Assembly (NCBI GenBank): GCA_038742305.1
Contig: JAVYKI010000001.1
Span: 1 to 53,876 of the forward strand
Reading direction: 5' to 3'
From: Candidatus Aenigmatarchaeota archaeon
GTDB taxonomy: Archaea > Aenigmatarchaeota > Aenigmatarchaeia > CG10238-14 > SpSt-28
Length of the DNA stretch: 53,876 bases
Shown: positions 24,890-35,552 of the stretch, one piece after another
How the letters are laid out: every line of letters starts with the position of its first letter
Numbering within the stretch: the first letter of the stretch is position 1
Made by a program: the position numbers and the translations under genes
Notes under the pieces: model-generated
Told to the model about the DNA's origin: nothing
Seen by the model: the letters and a program-made list of their open reading frames with translations, nothing else
Databases searched by the model: none

Positions 24890-25495
24890 AGCTGCAAGAA
24901 TTTCCTCAAAATCTTTTTTTATATCATTATGAATTAACTTTACTTCAACAAATTTTTCTGGAACTTTTTCTTTCAAATATTGCAAACTTGGCAAAGTTTC
25001 TTTTTCAAACTCTTCAAACCTAATTTTTATTTTTTCCTCTTTATCTTCTTCTCTTTGTTCTAGCTTTACATTGCAATAATCACAAATTAAATCAATTTTT
25101 GGTTTTTGAGTTAAAAGGTTGTATACTCTAAAACATTTTGGACAAAAATATCTGTTTTTTAATCTTTCTATAATTACTTCCTTATCAACATCTAAATAAA
25201 GTATTAAATCGAATTGTATTTCTTTTAACAAAAATTCACTTTCTTCAATTTTTCTAGGAAAACCTTCTAAAACAAAAGATTTTTTATCCTTTAAAGCTTC
25301 TTTTACAATTTTGTTAACTGTTTCTGCATCAACTAATTTTCCACTTTCAATTATTTCTCTTAACTTTTCATCTTCTTTAGCTTTTTCCCTTAAAAGATTT
25401 CCAGTAGAAATAAAATCTATTTTAAAATGTTCTGAAAGCATTTTACCAAAAGTTGTTTTTCCGCTTCCTGGAGGTCCAACAATAATTATTCGCAT
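24869..25495 (-). CDS. adk: adenylate kinase (long form with zinc-ribbon lid)
   Basis: [16 protein letters not shown]-loop. Lid CPKCFRVYN...CDYC. 208 aa. Confidence 0.9.
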   Translation of the reverse strand: MRIIIVGPPGSGKTTFGKMLSEHFKIDFISTGNLLREKAKEDEKLREIIESGKLVDAETVNKIVKEALKDKKSFVLEGFPRKIEESEFLLKEIQFDLILYLDVDKEVIIERLKNRYFCPKCFRVYNLLTQKPKIDLICDYCNVKLEQREEDKEEKIKIRFEEFEKETLPSLQYLKEKVPEKFVEVKLIHNDIKKDFEEILAALSFFKP

Positions 25496-25743
25496 ATTTC
25501 AACTTCTTTCATTAAAGCTTCTCCACTTAACCCTTTCCTAAACCTTACTAAAACTTTCCCTTTATTTCCAAAAGGCTTTACTATTTTTCCAATTTTTGTT
25601 TTGCTTCCAATTTTTAAAATAACTTTTTTTCCTATTAACTTTGCTGCTTCTTTTTTGTTTTCTATTCCTTCTACTTTTACAATTACTTGATTCCAGTTTT
25701 TGTTATGATTGCTAAGCCTAAAGTTTAATATTACTCCTTTCAT
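25486..25743 (-). CDS. rpl35ae: ribosomal protein eL33 (L35Ae)
   Basis: KGVILNFRLS...EAAKLIGKKV...GKIVKPFGNKGKVLVRFRKGLSGEAL matches archaeal L35Ae. Confidence 0.8.
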   Translation of the reverse strand: MKGVILNFRLSNHNKNWNQVIVKVEGIENKKEAAKLIGKKVILKIGSKTKIGKIVKPFGNKGKVLVRFRKGLSGEALMKEVEICE

Positions 25744-25748
25744 ATATT

Positions 25749-26963
25749 CTATTCTTTTTTCAAATTCTTTAATACTTTTGCTACATCCCTTATTAAAAAT
25801 CTTACATTTTCCCTTAATTCATAAACTTCTTTGAAATCAATTTTTTCAAGCTTTCCAGTTTTTAATAAAGTATATAGCTCGTTTACTCTGTTAAGAACGT
25901 TCAAATAATCTTTTGGAATTAAGTTTTTATCAATAAACTCTTTTTTAAACTTTTCAAAAAATGTAGATTCATCAAATTGTACATTTAGCTCTTTTAATGC
26001 CCTTTTCATTAGTTCATCAGAAACTTCTTTAGTTTTAGAAATTATTCCAGCAACTTTCTTAATTTCTAGCACACTTAATAAAGCAATCATTTTTCTAACA
26101 AACTTTTCAGCTCTTTCTATCCACAAATCAACTGTATTTCCATCTATTTCTCTAATTTCTTGATGCTCAATCTTTTTTCTCAATTCTACTATTTCATTGA
26201 TCCATTGAGCATACTCTTCTTCAACTATTCCAGTATCTACTAATGCCTTTTTAAATTCTTGATATAAAACTGAAGGTGCTGGTGGATGCTTTCCTAAAAA
26301 CATTAAAACTGCTTGAGCAGAATTAACTATTGCATAAAAGCAATCTTCTGCAATTTGAAGAAGTTTTACGCTTTTTGCTCTTATAATTTTTTTAGGAGCT
26401 TCTTCTAAGTATTTTTCTATTGCTTCTCTTGTTGTTGGAATTTTTCCTAGTAACCATAATTTTTGCAAAGGTTTAAAAAAGCCTATATCGTAAACTGCTA
26501 GTCCATCCTTTATAAAATTGTAAACTATTGGATGGCCTTGTCTTACATAATCCCAAAATTCTGTTAAAAGATATGCTGGTTGCAAAGAAATTAAATTTAC
26601 AATTTTTTCTATTCCATCTTCTTTTATTTTAATTTTTGCTTCATCAATTTCTTTTGCAATTTTTTCAAACTCTTCATCAAGCTTTTCTATATATTCTTCT
26701 GGAACTGGTTCTAATTTTGTATTACATTTTGGACAATTAGAATATGCATTTTCAACATCTACTATTAATTCTTTACAATTTGGACACCATTTCATTGAAG
26801 TATCATCTATTATTATTAAAATATCTATATCGCTCCTTTCTTTTATTTCTCCTCTAACAGTTGAACCAAAAACTACAACAGATTTAACAATATTTCCAAA
26901 TTTTTCTATTAGCTTCCTTGCAAATTTTCTAGCTATTTCAATTCTTTGTTCTCTAGTTAACAT
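25749..26963 (-). CDS. nucleotidyltransferase fused to a helical HEPN/KNTase-C-like domain, with a zinc-ribbon insert
   Basis: VVVFGSTVRGEIKERSDIDILIIID NTase motif. Insert CPNCKEL...CPKCNTK directly after it. Paralogous to the upstream 267-aa gene, with an extra C-terminal extension. Confidence 0.65.
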   Translation of the reverse strand: MLTREQRIEIARKFARKLIEKFGNIVKSVVVFGSTVRGEIKERSDIDILIIIDDTSMKWCPNCKELIVDVENAYSNCPKCNTKLEPVPEEYIEKLDEEFEKIAKEIDEAKIKIKEDGIEKIVNLISLQPAYLLTEFWDYVRQGHPIVYNFIKDGLAVYDIGFFKPLQKLWLLGKIPTTREAIEKYLEEAPKKIIRAKSVKLLQIAEDCFYAIVNSAQAVLMFLGKHPPAPSVLYQEFKKALVDTGIVEEEYAQWINEIVELRKKIEHQEIREIDGNTVDLWIERAEKFVRKMIALLSVLEIKKVAGIISKTKEVSDELMKRALKELNVQFDESTFFEKFKKEFIDKNLIPKDYLNVLNRVNELYTLLKTGKLEKIDFKEVYELRENVRFLIRDVAKVLKNLKKE

Positions 26964-27756
26964 TTTTCATTCTTTCAATTATTTCTTTTGCAAGATTATA
27001 AGCTTTATTTAAATGCTCTAAGCTAACATCTTTAATAATTTCATGCTCAATATCTTTCCATAGCTTATCCAATTCTACATATTTGTTTACATACTCTTCT
27101 TCAAGCTTTCCATCTTGAACCAATTTCTTTAAATATTCTGGAATAGATTTTGGGTCTGGAATATATTTGTAAACTTTCATTATAACGCTTTGGCATGCAT
27201 CTGTAGCTGCATATCTTAACTCAAAAATCATAGACTTTATATCTTCAATAAATTTTTTAATTTTTAGGCTTGCAGATTTTTCTTTAAGTTCTATAGCTTC
27301 TTCGCTTGGAGGAATTAATCCAAACCTTAACATTCTTTGCGTAGGCTTTAAAAAGCCGCTATCGTAAATTATTAAGCCATACCTTAAATAATTTACTAGC
27401 TCTGGAGAACCAAACCTTATTAAGCTCCAAAATTCTGTAATAAAGCTTACTTGAACGTGCAAACCAAAAGATGCTCCTAAAATTCTTATATTATCTCTCA
27501 AAGCTTCTACATCTTTAGAAAATTTAGGGCTAGTATCATCAATTATTACCCACACATCTATATCACTTTTTTCTTTCATTTTTCCTCTAGCTGCAGAACC
27601 AAAAACGCTTACAGCCTTAATTATATCTCCATAGTTATTAAGTATTTCTTGAGTAAACTTTACAACTTTAGGAATTACTTTCTCTTTTACAACTTCTTTT
27701 TCCTCTTTTTTTAGCTCTAATTCTTCCAATTCTTTTTCAAGCTCTTCGATGCTCAT
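26953..27756 (-). CDS. nucleotidyltransferase fused to a helical HEPN/KNTase-C-like domain
   Basis: VSVFGSAARGKMKEKSDIDVWVIIDD NTase motif. The C-terminal helical region aligns by eye with that of the 404-aa neighbour (GFLKPTQRML.. versus GFFKPLQKLW..). Confidence 0.65.
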   Translation of the reverse strand: MSIEELEKELEELELKKEEKEVVKEKVIPKVVKFTQEILNNYGDIIKAVSVFGSAARGKMKEKSDIDVWVIIDDTSPKFSKDVEALRDNIRILGASFGLHVQVSFITEFWSLIRFGSPELVNYLRYGLIIYDSGFLKPTQRMLRFGLIPPSEEAIELKEKSASLKIKKFIEDIKSMIFELRYAATDACQSVIMKVYKYIPDPKSIPEYLKKLVQDGKLEEEYVNKYVELDKLWKDIEHEIIKDVSLEHLNKAYNLAKEIIERMKNVN

Positions 27757-27921
27757 AAAGAATTATTATTTCTGCTTTTTATATGAAGAAGAAAGAACTA
27801 AAACTGTTAAAACTAAATTATAAGAACTCATTATTTCTTTTACTATTTTTGAATCAATTTTATAGTTTGATTTTGAATTTTCTAGATAAATATCTTTGCA
27901 AAGCTGTTAAGTCACACATAA

Positions 27922-29124
27922 TTATAAGTTCAAAAACATTAATAAGTAAGGATAAGTTTTTGAATAAATTAAAAGTGTTGAAAAGGTTAAAGAGCCTATT
28001 AAGTAGCTTCTTTTAACTTCTAATAAAATTGTTAGTAAAGCTAAAGAAGTTGAAATAAAAAGAATTAGTAAGCCTTCTAAGCCAGAAAAAATTAAAACTA
28101 TTAGAACTATTATTGAAAAAATTAAGGTGTTTAAAAATCTGTAGTTTAAATTTTTAACTAAATTAAAAATTTTTGAAAATACAAAAATGGAAAAAATTAT
28201 TCCAAAAGAAGAAGCTAATAAAATTGAAACTAAAGAAATTATAAAATCTTCATATTCAAACTTTCCAAATTTTTGAGTTAAATAAACTGCTAATCCGCTT
28301 CTTGGATTTTCAATAGTATAAGAATTTGTTAAAGAAAAAATTTCGTTTGAAAAGAACATACTGCTACTAGCTAAAATAAAAACTTTATCATTCAAAAAAC
28401 TTTGGAAAGTTAGCAAAATTTGAGATGGACCTAAAGATGGAAGCAATCCGCTTATTATTCCTCCAAAAATTCCCAAAGAAATTCCCTTAAATATATCAAA
28501 TTTATCCATTTCTATTTCAACTTCTTCTTGTTTTTTCAAAATTTCTGAAGGAAACAAAATATTAATTATTATATTTGGCATTGCAAAAAAGCCAGAAAAC
28601 ATTGCTAGTATTGCTTTATTAAATTCTAAAAAGTTAAAAGCAAAAATTCCAAAAATTCCGCTTATAAAGAAAATTATTAAAGATAAAAGTTTCTTTTCTT
28701 CTTGATAAAAAATTAAGGATAAAAAGTAAAGCAATAGAGGTGCAATAAAAATTTCTAAATATTGATAAAATTTGGCTAAAAAATTTGAAAATAAAAAAGC
28801 AATTAAAACAGAAATTGGAATTGAAAAAACTGAAAGCAAGCTTATTTTATATGCTTCGAAAAGTCTATTCTTTTTTGCAAGCCTTTGAGAAGGTAATAAA
28901 GATAGTGAAATTTCTTCTGGGGGAGAGGAAAATAATAAAGAAGAAATAAAGTTTCCAAAGTTTTGAGCTATTGCTAGAGAAATTAGAAATGAAAATGCCA
29001 AATGTTTATCGATAAAAAGAGTAATTAATAGAGGAATTATTAAATTTTGGTGCAAAGAAGGGATTAAACCGCTTAAAAAACCTAATAAGCTACCTAAAAA
29101 GCAAAATATCAATATTTCTAGCAT
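27922..29124 (-). CDS. polytopic membrane protein, TctA/DUF112-like
   Basis: 400 aa with about 10 or more TM segments. Repeated SGLIPSLH / SGLLPSLGPSQ loops resemble the TctA family. Family call is tentative. Confidence 0.45.
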   Translation of the reverse strand: MLEILIFCFLGSLLGFLSGLIPSLHQNLIIPLLITLFIDKHLAFSFLISLAIAQNFGNFISSLLFSSPPEEISLSLLPSQRLAKKNRLFEAYKISLLSVFSIPISVLIAFLFSNFLAKFYQYLEIFIAPLLLYFLSLIFYQEEKKLLSLIIFFISGIFGIFAFNFLEFNKAILAMFSGFFAMPNIIINILFPSEILKKQEEVEIEMDKFDIFKGISLGIFGGIISGLLPSLGPSQILLTFQSFLNDKVFILASSSMFFSNEIFSLTNSYTIENPRSGLAVYLTQKFGKFEYEDFIISLVSILLASSFGIIFSIFVFSKIFNLVKNLNYRFLNTLIFSIIVLIVLIFSGLEGLLILFISTSLALLTILLEVKRSYLIGSLTFSTLLIYSKTYPYLLMFLNL

Positions 29125-29133
29125 AAGTTAATT

Positions 29134-29502
29134 ATGGAAAAATTTATTCAAAAATTAAAGCAAAGAGCCAAAAGTTTTTATGATATTGCTTTGGAAAGAT
29201 TAAAAAATGAAGACTATGATTTGGCAATGTTTAATTTCGAACAAAGCATACAATTACTTTTAAAATCAAAAATACTAGAATTTGGCATAGAATTTCCAAA
29301 AACTCATGAAATTTCTATTCTTTTAGATTTTTTATCTGATAAAATTGAAAAAATTAAAGAACTAAAAGAAAAATATAAAAACGAAATTGAAAACTTAGAA
29401 GAAGCTTATATTTCTTCTAGATACTTACCATTAAGCTTTTCAAAAGAAGAATGTTTAAAAGCAAAGAAGTTTGCTGAAGAATTATGGAAGCTTTTAAGTT
29501 AG
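29134..29502 (+). CDS. HEPN domain protein
   Basis: FEQSIQLLLKSKILEFGIEFPKTHEI...EEAYISSRYLP. Close paralog of 1100..1468. Confidence 0.7.
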   Translation: MEKFIQKLKQRAKSFYDIALERLKNEDYDLAMFNFEQSIQLLLKSKILEFGIEFPKTHEISILLDFLSDKIEKIKELKEKYKNEIENLEEAYISSRYLPLSFSKEECLKAKKFAEELWKLLS

Positions 29503-29834
29503 CAAAAAAGTTTATTGAATTGAGAGAAAAAGCTGTTGAAAATGCTGAAAAAAACATAAAGAAAATTTCTGAAAACGCAAAAAAGATTTTAAAAGATGCG
29601 AAAGTTTATGTTTTTGGAAGTTATGTAAAAGGAAATTTTAAACCTTATTGGAGTGATATAGATATTTTAATTGTAAGCGATGAAGTAAAAAACAAAACTG
29701 CTGGAGAAAGAGTTAAAATAAAGAGAAAAATAAAAGAAGGAATAAATTATTCTTTTATTTTTCAAATTCACTTAGTTTCTTATGAAGAATTCGAATATTA
29801 TAAAAAATTTATTGATGTAATGAAAGAAGTTTAA
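29484..29834 (+). CDS. minimal nucleotidyltransferase (MNT)
   Basis: VYVFGSYVKGNFKPYWSDIDILIV. 19-nt overlap with the HEPN gene. Confidence 0.75.
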   Translation: MEAFKLAKKFIELREKAVENAEKNIKKISENAKKILKDAKVYVFGSYVKGNFKPYWSDIDILIVSDEVKNKTAGERVKIKRKIKEGINYSFIFQIHLVSYEEFEYYKKFIDVMKEV

Positions 29835-29842
29835 ATTATTTA

Positions 29843-31615
29843 ATGAAAGTATTAATTCTTGCAGAAAAACCTAGTGCAATGAGAAAAATAGCATATTCTT
29901 TGTTTGAAAGGCCAAAAAAAGTTTTTGTTAATAAAGTCCCTTATTTTGTTGCATTTCAAAACGGAAATATTTATTATGTTGCTTCTGCTTTAGGACACTT
30001 ATTTACTTTAGAAGCTATTGAAAAAGAATTTAAATATCCTGTTTTTGAAGTAAAATGGGTTTTAAAAGATGAAAGTACTTACAAAAAATTTGCAAGAGTA
30101 ATTGAACAATTAGCAAAAGATGTAAATTTTGTAATAATTGCAACAGATTATGATATTGAAGGAGCAGTAATAGGGAAAAATATTGTAGATTTTCTTTGCA
30201 AAAAGCCTGCTAAAAGAATGAAGTTTAGCACTTTAACTTCTAGTGAATTAAAAAAAGCATTCTATAATTTGCAAGAGGTTGATTATTTGCAAGCTGAAGC
30301 TGGAATTGCTAGGCATATAATAGATTGGTTATGGGGTATTAACCTTTCTAGAGCATTAATGATAAGCTTAAGAAAAGTTAGCAATGAAAGAAAAATTTTA
30401 TCTATAGGAAGAGTTCAAGGGCCAGCATTATATTTAGTTTATTTGAGAGAAAAAGAAATTGAAAATTTTGTTCCCGAAATTTATTATAAAATAAAAGTTT
30501 TAATTGAAAAAAATGGAAAAGTTTTTGAGTTTTGGTATGAAAAAGAGAAAATAAAAAATTTTGAAGAAGCACAAAGAATTGCAAAAATAGTTTTAAACAA
30601 TTATTTAAAAGTTGAAAAAATTTATGAAGATTATTTTAAAGTTTTTCCACTATTTCCTTTTGATACTACTAGCTTGCAAGTTGAAGCTTATTCTATTTTC
30701 GGATTTAAGCCAGAATATACTTTAAAAATTGCAGAAAGTTTATATTTAAAAGGTTATATTTCTTATCCTAGATCTTCTAGTCAAAAATTAAAAAATGTTA
30801 ATCCAATTCCAATTTTAAAAGCTTTAGAAAAAATTCCTTTTTACAAAAATTTTGTTTCCGAAATTTTATCTAAAGAATTAACTGTTTATGAAGGAGAAAA
30901 AGATGATCCTGCGCATCCAGCAATAATTCCTACTGAAGAAATTCCAGATTTTTCAAAATTAAGTAAGCATGAAATAATGATTTACGATTTAATTGCAAGA
31001 AGATTTCTAGTTTGCTTATCAAAGCCAGCAATTAGAAAAAAATTAAGTATTACTCTTAGCATTTTTAATTTAAAATTTTCGAACACTTTTTATAAAACAA
31101 TTCAAGAAAATTGGTTTTCAATTTATAAAAAGTTTTTAGATATAAAAGAAGATGAATTTCCAGAGCTAAAAATTAATGAATTAGTTAAAGTAAAAGAAGT
31201 TAAAATATTAAAAGAAAAAACAAAAGCTCCAGCTAGATATACAAGAGCTTCTTTAATTAAAGAACTTGAAAATTTAAACTTAGGAACAAAAGCTACTAGA
31301 GCTGAAATAGTTAAAACTTTATTCGATAGAAAGTATGTTGAAGGCGAAAAAATGAGAATAACAGAATTAGGAAAAGCTGTTATTGAAATAATGCAAAAAT
31401 TTGCTCCCCAAATAATTAGTGTTGAATTAACTAGAAGTTTGGAAAAAAAGCTTGATGAAATAATGGAAGGAAAAATTAGAAAAGAACAAGTAATTGAAGA
31501 AGCTAAAAAAGTATTAATAGAAATTCTTGAAAATATAAAAGCGAAAGAAAATGAAATAGGAAAAGAACTTTATGAAAAACTAAGCTTGCTTAATTCTAAA
31601 GAGAATAAAAAGTAA
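29843..31615 (+). CDS. topA: type IA DNA topoisomerase
   Basis: Toprim start VLILAEKPSAMRKIA with DYDIEG. Active-site Tyr context GYISYPRSSSQ. 590 aa with no C-terminal zinc fingers. Confidence 0.85.
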   Translation: MKVLILAEKPSAMRKIAYSLFERPKKVFVNKVPYFVAFQNGNIYYVASALGHLFTLEAIEKEFKYPVFEVKWVLKDESTYKKFARVIEQLAKDVNFVIIATDYDIEGAVIGKNIVDFLCKKPAKRMKFSTLTSSELKKAFYNLQEVDYLQAEAGIARHIIDWLWGINLSRALMISLRKVSNERKILSIGRVQGPALYLVYLREKEIENFVPEIYYKIKVLIEKNGKVFEFWYEKEKIKNFEEAQRIAKIVLNNYLKVEKIYEDYFKVFPLFPFDTTSLQVEAYSIFGFKPEYTLKIAESLYLKGYISYPRSSSQKLKNVNPIPILKALEKIPFYKNFVSEILSKELTVYEGEKDDPAHPAIIPTEEIPDFSKLSKHEIMIYDLIARRFLVCLSKPAIRKKLSITLSIFNLKFSNTFYKTIQENWFSIYKKFLDIKEDEFPELKINELVKVKEVKILKEKTKAPARYTRASLIKELENLNLGTKATRAEIVKTLFDRKYVEGEKMRITELGKAVIEIMQKFAPQIISVELTRSLEKKLDEIMEGKIRKEQVIEEAKKVLIEILENIKAKENEIGKELYEKLSLLNSKENKK

Positions 31616-31769
31616 TTCTAAAATTTTTGAGCATGACCAAAAATTCATATAATTATATCAGTAAGGCTTACTAAACCGAAAGTTAAAATAATTAAATTGC
31701 TTTTCTCAAAGCTAATTAAATTTAATAAATAAAAATTAAATTTAATAAATAAATTAGATTAGTTTATAT

Positions 31770-34700
31770 ATGGAGCTAAAGTTAAGAGTCGGAGAATTAA
31801 CTGCTAAAGAAGAAGCTTTTAGAGGATTAGTAAGAATAGATTTAAATAATTTAGTAAAAATTGGAGTAAGAGAGGGGGAAATTGTTGAAATTGAAGGAAA
31901 AAGGAAAACTGCTGCAATTGCATTAAAAGCTTATCCTGCAGATATCGGCTTAGATATAATAAGAATGGATGGAATTACTAGAAGAAATGCAGGAGTTGCT
32001 GTTGGAGAATTTGTTACAGTAAGAAAAGCTGAAGTAAAAGAAGCAAAAAAAGTTGTATTAGCTCCTGCTGAAGCAAAAATAATTACTGCTCATCCTCATT
32101 ATTTAAAGCAAAGTTTATTAAGAAGGCCTTTAGTTAAAGGAGATATAATTGTTCCTAATCCTGTTTCTAGAAGAGATGAATTTTTAGAAGCACTTTTTGG
32201 TTTTGATATTGAAGATTTCTTCTTTTCACCTTTTCCTCAAGTAAGGCTTTATGTTGTTAATACAGAGCCAAGCGGAATAGTTGTTGTTACAGAAAATACT
32301 GTTATAGAATTATTAAGAGAAAGACCAAAAGCATTGGAAATTGAAGAAAGAGGAATTCCAAGAGTTACTTGGGAAGATATTGGCGATTTACAAGAAGTTA
32401 AACAAAAACTTAGGGAAATGATAGAATTACCAATAAGACATCCAGAAGTTTTTGAAAGATTGGGAATTGATCCTCCAAAAGGAGTTTTGCTTTACGGTCC
32501 TCCAGGAACAGGAAAAACATTATTAGCAAAAGCTGTTGCAAATGAAAGTGGAGCATATTTTATATCTATTAGCGGTCCTGAAGTTACAAGTAAATGGTTT
32601 GGGGAAAGCGAAAAGAAATTAAGAGATATATTTGAAGAAGCTTCTAAAAATGCTCCTTCAATAATTTTTATTGATGAAATTGATGCAATTGCTCCGAAAA
32701 GAGAAGAAGTTGTTGGAGAAGTAGAAAAAAGAATTGTTGCTCAGCTTCTGGCTTTAATGGATGGGTTAAAAGAAAGAGGAAGAGTAATAGTTATTGGAGC
32801 AACTAATAGACCGAATGCTTTAGACCCAGCATTAAGAAGGCCTGGAAGGTTTGATAGAGAAATTGAAGTTCCTCCACCAGATGTTAATGGAAGGTATGAA
32901 ATATTAGTAATTCATACTAGAAACATGCCAATTAATCCTTTTGTAAAGCACTATGTAATTGAAGAATTAAAAGAAATGAATAGAGAAGATTTAATTAAAA
33001 AAGTTGAAGAATTAAAAGATGAAAATGAAATAAGAATGTTTATTTATAAAGAGCTTGAAAAAGAAGCTCCTCAAATTGAAAAGAAATTAAGAGAGAAAAT
33101 GTTAAGATGGTTAGCTGAAATTACTCATGGCTATGTTGGTGCTGATTTAGCTGCTTTAGCTAGAGAAGCTGCAATGCATGCATTAAGAAGAGCATTACCA
33201 GAAATTCAAAAGTTTAAAGAAGAAGAGGAAATTCCAAAAGAAGTTCTTGAAAAGCTTTTTGTTACTAAAGAAGATTTTGAATATGCATTAAAAATTGTTC
33301 AACCAAGCGCAATGAGAGAGGTTTTTGTTGAAGTTCCAAAAGTTAGATGGCAAGATATTGGTGGATTAGAAGAAGTTAAGCAAGCATTAAGAGAAGCTGT
33401 TGAATGGCCATTAAAATATAGAAAGTATTATGAAGCTCTCGGAATTAAGCCGCCAAGAGGAATTTTGCTTTATGGTCCTCCTGGAACAGGAAAAACATTA
33501 TTAGCAAAAGCTGTTGCGACAGAAAGTGGTGCTAACTTTATTGCAATTAAAGGCCCAGAAATATTTTGTTTAGATGGTAATGTACCAATAATTTCAAGTT
33601 TATGCGGATTAGAAAAAATAAGTAAATTCTATGAAAAAGTAAAAGAATTTTCAGAAGTTATAAAAGATAAAAACCTAGAAATTTTAGTTCCTAAAAAAGA
33701 AATTTTAGTTCCTTCCTTGAATAATAAAACTAGAGTAAAAAAAGTTTATAAACTTTTTGTTGAAAATGTTATAAAACTCAAAATAGAAAAGAATTCTCAA
33801 GAAATAATAGTATCTGCAAATCAGCCATTTTTAGCATATAAAAATAATGAAATAAAATGGATAAGAGCTGGTGAATTGGAAGAAGGAGATTATATTGCCT
33901 ATCCAGTTAAGATACCGAGCTTTAATCTAGAAATTAATCTAGAAGTTCCGAAGTACAAACACTTAAGAATAGTTAAAGAAGATGAAGACTATTATTATGT
34001 TAAAATATTTTCTTCAAAATCTATTACTAGATTACCAAAAAAGTTGAATGAAGATGTTGCAGAATTCTTAGGATGGTTTGCAGCAGAAGGTAGTATTAGC
34101 AAAGAAAAGAAAACTGTTTATATTTGTAATGGAAATGAAGAAAATATTAAAAGAATTGTTGAACTTTTCTCCATTTTTGTAGATAAAGAAAGAATAAAAG
34201 TTGATAGAAAAGGAAAAAGAGTAATTGTACATTCCATGCCGCTAATAGTTTTTCTAGAAAAAATTTTTGAGCAAAACTTAGAAAGAAAAGCTAGAAAAGT
34301 TAAAGTTCCTTCTATAATTTTTAAGGCTAATGAAAAAATAATTTCTGCTTTCTTAAAAGGATTATACAGAGGAGATGGCCATATCAGAAAAACAAAAATA
34401 GAACTTGGAACTATGAGTAAAAACCTTGCTAGAGGAGTATCTTATTTATTAACAATATTAGGAATTAGGCATAGAGTTTGGAAAAGCAATGCATATTTTG
34501 TAAGTATTTATGGAGAAGAGGATATAAAAGAATTTTTAGAAAAAGTTTTTGGAGAAAAAAGAAGTTTTAGAAAAAGAAAATATTATAATGCGAGATTAAT
34601 AGTTCCAGATGTCTCTTCAATATTAAGGGAATTAAAAAACAAGTATAATTTAAGGTATGAAAAAGAATTACCAGAAGGTTTGTTTGAAGCAGTAATTTCT

Positions 34701-35552
34701 AAAAGGACAAAAGCAAGACTAAAAAGATTAAGAAATATGATAAAAGTTCTAGAGAAGTTTGTTAAAGAGAATGATTTAAAAGTCTTAAAGTTTATAGTAG
34801 AAAGTCCTATACTTTGGACAAGAATAGTTAAAAAAGAAAAGGCTGAGCCAAGATTTATGTATGATTTGGAAACTGAAGACGGAATTTTCGTTGGGGGATA
34901 TTATCCATTGTTACTACATAACAGTAAATTTGTTGGCGAATCTGAGCGAATGATAAGAGAAATATTTAGAAAAGCTAGGGAAGTTGCTCCTTGCGTAATA
35001 TTTATTGATGAAATTGATGCAATTGCTCCAATGAGAGGATTAGAAGTTGGAACAAGAGTAACTGAAAACGTTGTTGCACAATTGTTAACTGAAATGAGCG
35101 GAATTCAAGAATTAAAAGATGTTGTTGTAATTGCTGCGACAAATAGGCCAGATATTTTGGACCCAGCAATATTAAGGCCTGGAAGGTTTGATAGATTAAT
35201 ATATGTTCCTCCTCCAGATGAAAAAGCTAGATTAGAAATTCTAAAAATTCATACTAGAAACGTTCCTTTAGCAAAAGATGTTGATTTAAAAGAAATAGCA
35301 AGAAAGACTGAAAATTATAGTGGAGCAGATTTGGAAGCATTAGTAAGAGAGGCTGCAATTCTTGCATTAAGAGAAGCTATAGAGAAAAACAAAGATCCAA
35401 AAGAAGTTAGAATGAAGCATTTTGAAATTGCATTAGAAAAAGTTAAACCATCTATTTCAAAAGAAATGATTGAATTTTATAAGAGATTTGAAGAAAGGAT
35501 GAAAAAAAGATTAATTGAAGAAAAAGAAAGAAAAGAAAAATATATTGGATAA
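31770..35552 (+). CDS. cdc48: CDC48/VCP-type AAA+ ATPase (two AAA domains) interrupted by an intein
   Basis: N-domain plus D1 ([26 protein letters not shown]) and D2 ([17 protein letters not shown]...VIFIDEIDA). The D2 sequence is split between GPEIF and SKFVGESE by 452 aa. Confidence 0.95.
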   Translation: MELKLRVGELTAKEEAFRGLVRIDLNNLVKIGVREGEIVEIEGKRKTAAIALKAYPADIGLDIIRMDGITRRNAGVAVGEFVTVRKAEVKEAKKVVLAPAEAKIITAHPHYLKQSLLRRPLVKGDIIVPNPVSRRDEFLEALFGFDIEDFFFSPFPQVRLYVVNTEPSGIVVVTENTVIELLRERPKALEIEERGIPRVTWEDIGDLQEVKQKLREMIELPIRHPEVFERLGIDPPKGVLLYGPPGTGKTLLAKAVANESGAYFISISGPEVTSKWFGESEKKLRDIFEEASKNAPSIIFIDEIDAIAPKREEVVGEVEKRIVAQLLALMDGLKERGRVIVIGATNRPNALDPALRRPGRFDREIEVPPPDVNGRYEILVIHTRNMPINPFVKHYVIEELKEMNREDLIKKVEELKDENEIRMFIYKELEKEAPQIEKKLREKMLRWLAEITHGYVGADLAALAREAAMHALRRALPEIQKFKEEEEIPKEVLEKLFVTKEDFEYALKIVQPSAMREVFVEVPKVRWQDIGGLEEVKQALREAVEWPLKYRKYYEALGIKPPRGILLYGPPGTGKTLLAKAVATESGANFIAIKGPEIFCLDGNVPIISSLCGLEKISKFYEKVKEFSEVIKDKNLEILVPKKEILVPSLNNKTRVKKVYKLFVENVIKLKIEKNSQEIIVSANQPFLAYKNNEIKWIRAGELEEGDYIAYPVKIPSFNLEINLEVPKYKHLRIVKEDEDYYYVKIFSSKSITRLPKKLNEDVAEFLGWFAAEGSISKEKKTVYICNGNEENIKRIVELFSIFVDKERIKVDRKGKRVIVHSMPLIVFLEKIFEQNLERKARKVKVPSIIFKANEKIISAFLKGLYRGDGHIRKTKIELGTMSKNLARGVSYLLTILGIRHRVWKSNAYFVSIYGEEDIKEFLEKVFGEKRSFRKRKYYNARLIVPDVSSILRELKNKYNLRYEKELPEGLFEAVISKRTKARLKRLRNMIKVLEKFVKENDLKVLKFIVESPILWTRIVKKEKAEPRFMYDLETEDGIFVGGYYPLLLHNSKFVGESERMIREIFRKAREVAPCVIFIDEIDAIAPMRGLEVGTRVTENVVAQLLTEMSGIQELKDVVVIAATNRPDILDPAILRPGRFDRLIYVPPPDEKARLEILKIHTRNVPLAKDVDLKEIARKTENYSGADLEALVREAAILALREAIEKNKDPKEVRMKHFEIALEKVKPSISKEMIEFYKRFEERMKKRLIEEKERKEKYIG
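33567..34922 (+). mobile_element. intein with LAGLIDADG homing-endonuclease domain in CDC48 D2
   Basis: Starts with Cys (CLDGNVPI) and ends LLLHN, followed by Ser+1. LAGLIDADG blocks [10 protein letters not shown] and [12 protein letters not shown]. Block F/G-like [19 protein letters not shown]. 1356 nt, in frame. Confidence 0.9.

Noticed and set aside
25311-25541. Track ORF 25311..25541(+)
   Set aside because: Antisense to adk and rpl35ae.
25749-26963. 404-aa NTase as the archaeal CCA-adding enzyme
   Set aside because: Size and NTase motif are compatible. However, the C-terminal domain looks HEPN/KNTase-C-like and is shared with the 267-aa paralog, rather than matching the neck/body/tail organisation expected. 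No specific CCA-enzyme motifs were recognised.
27783-28016. Track ORF 27783..28016(+)
   Set aside because: Largely antisense to the 3' end of the TctA-like membrane gene. Low-complexity K/L sequence.
30402-30584. Track ORF 30402..30584(-)
   Set aside because: Antisense inside the topoisomerase gene.
29843-31615. Topoisomerase as the topoisomerase half of a split reverse gyrase
   Set aside because: Only generic type IA motifs can be read. No adjacent helicase half is present, and I cannot identify reverse-gyrase-specific features by eye. Called simply type IA.
31715-31753. 19-bp direct repeat ATTAAATTTAATAAATAAA (two copies, 20-bp period) upstream of cdc48
   Set aside because: It is pure A/T low-complexity sequence in a promoter region. 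It is likely slippage or TATA-like sequence and not distinguishable from background.
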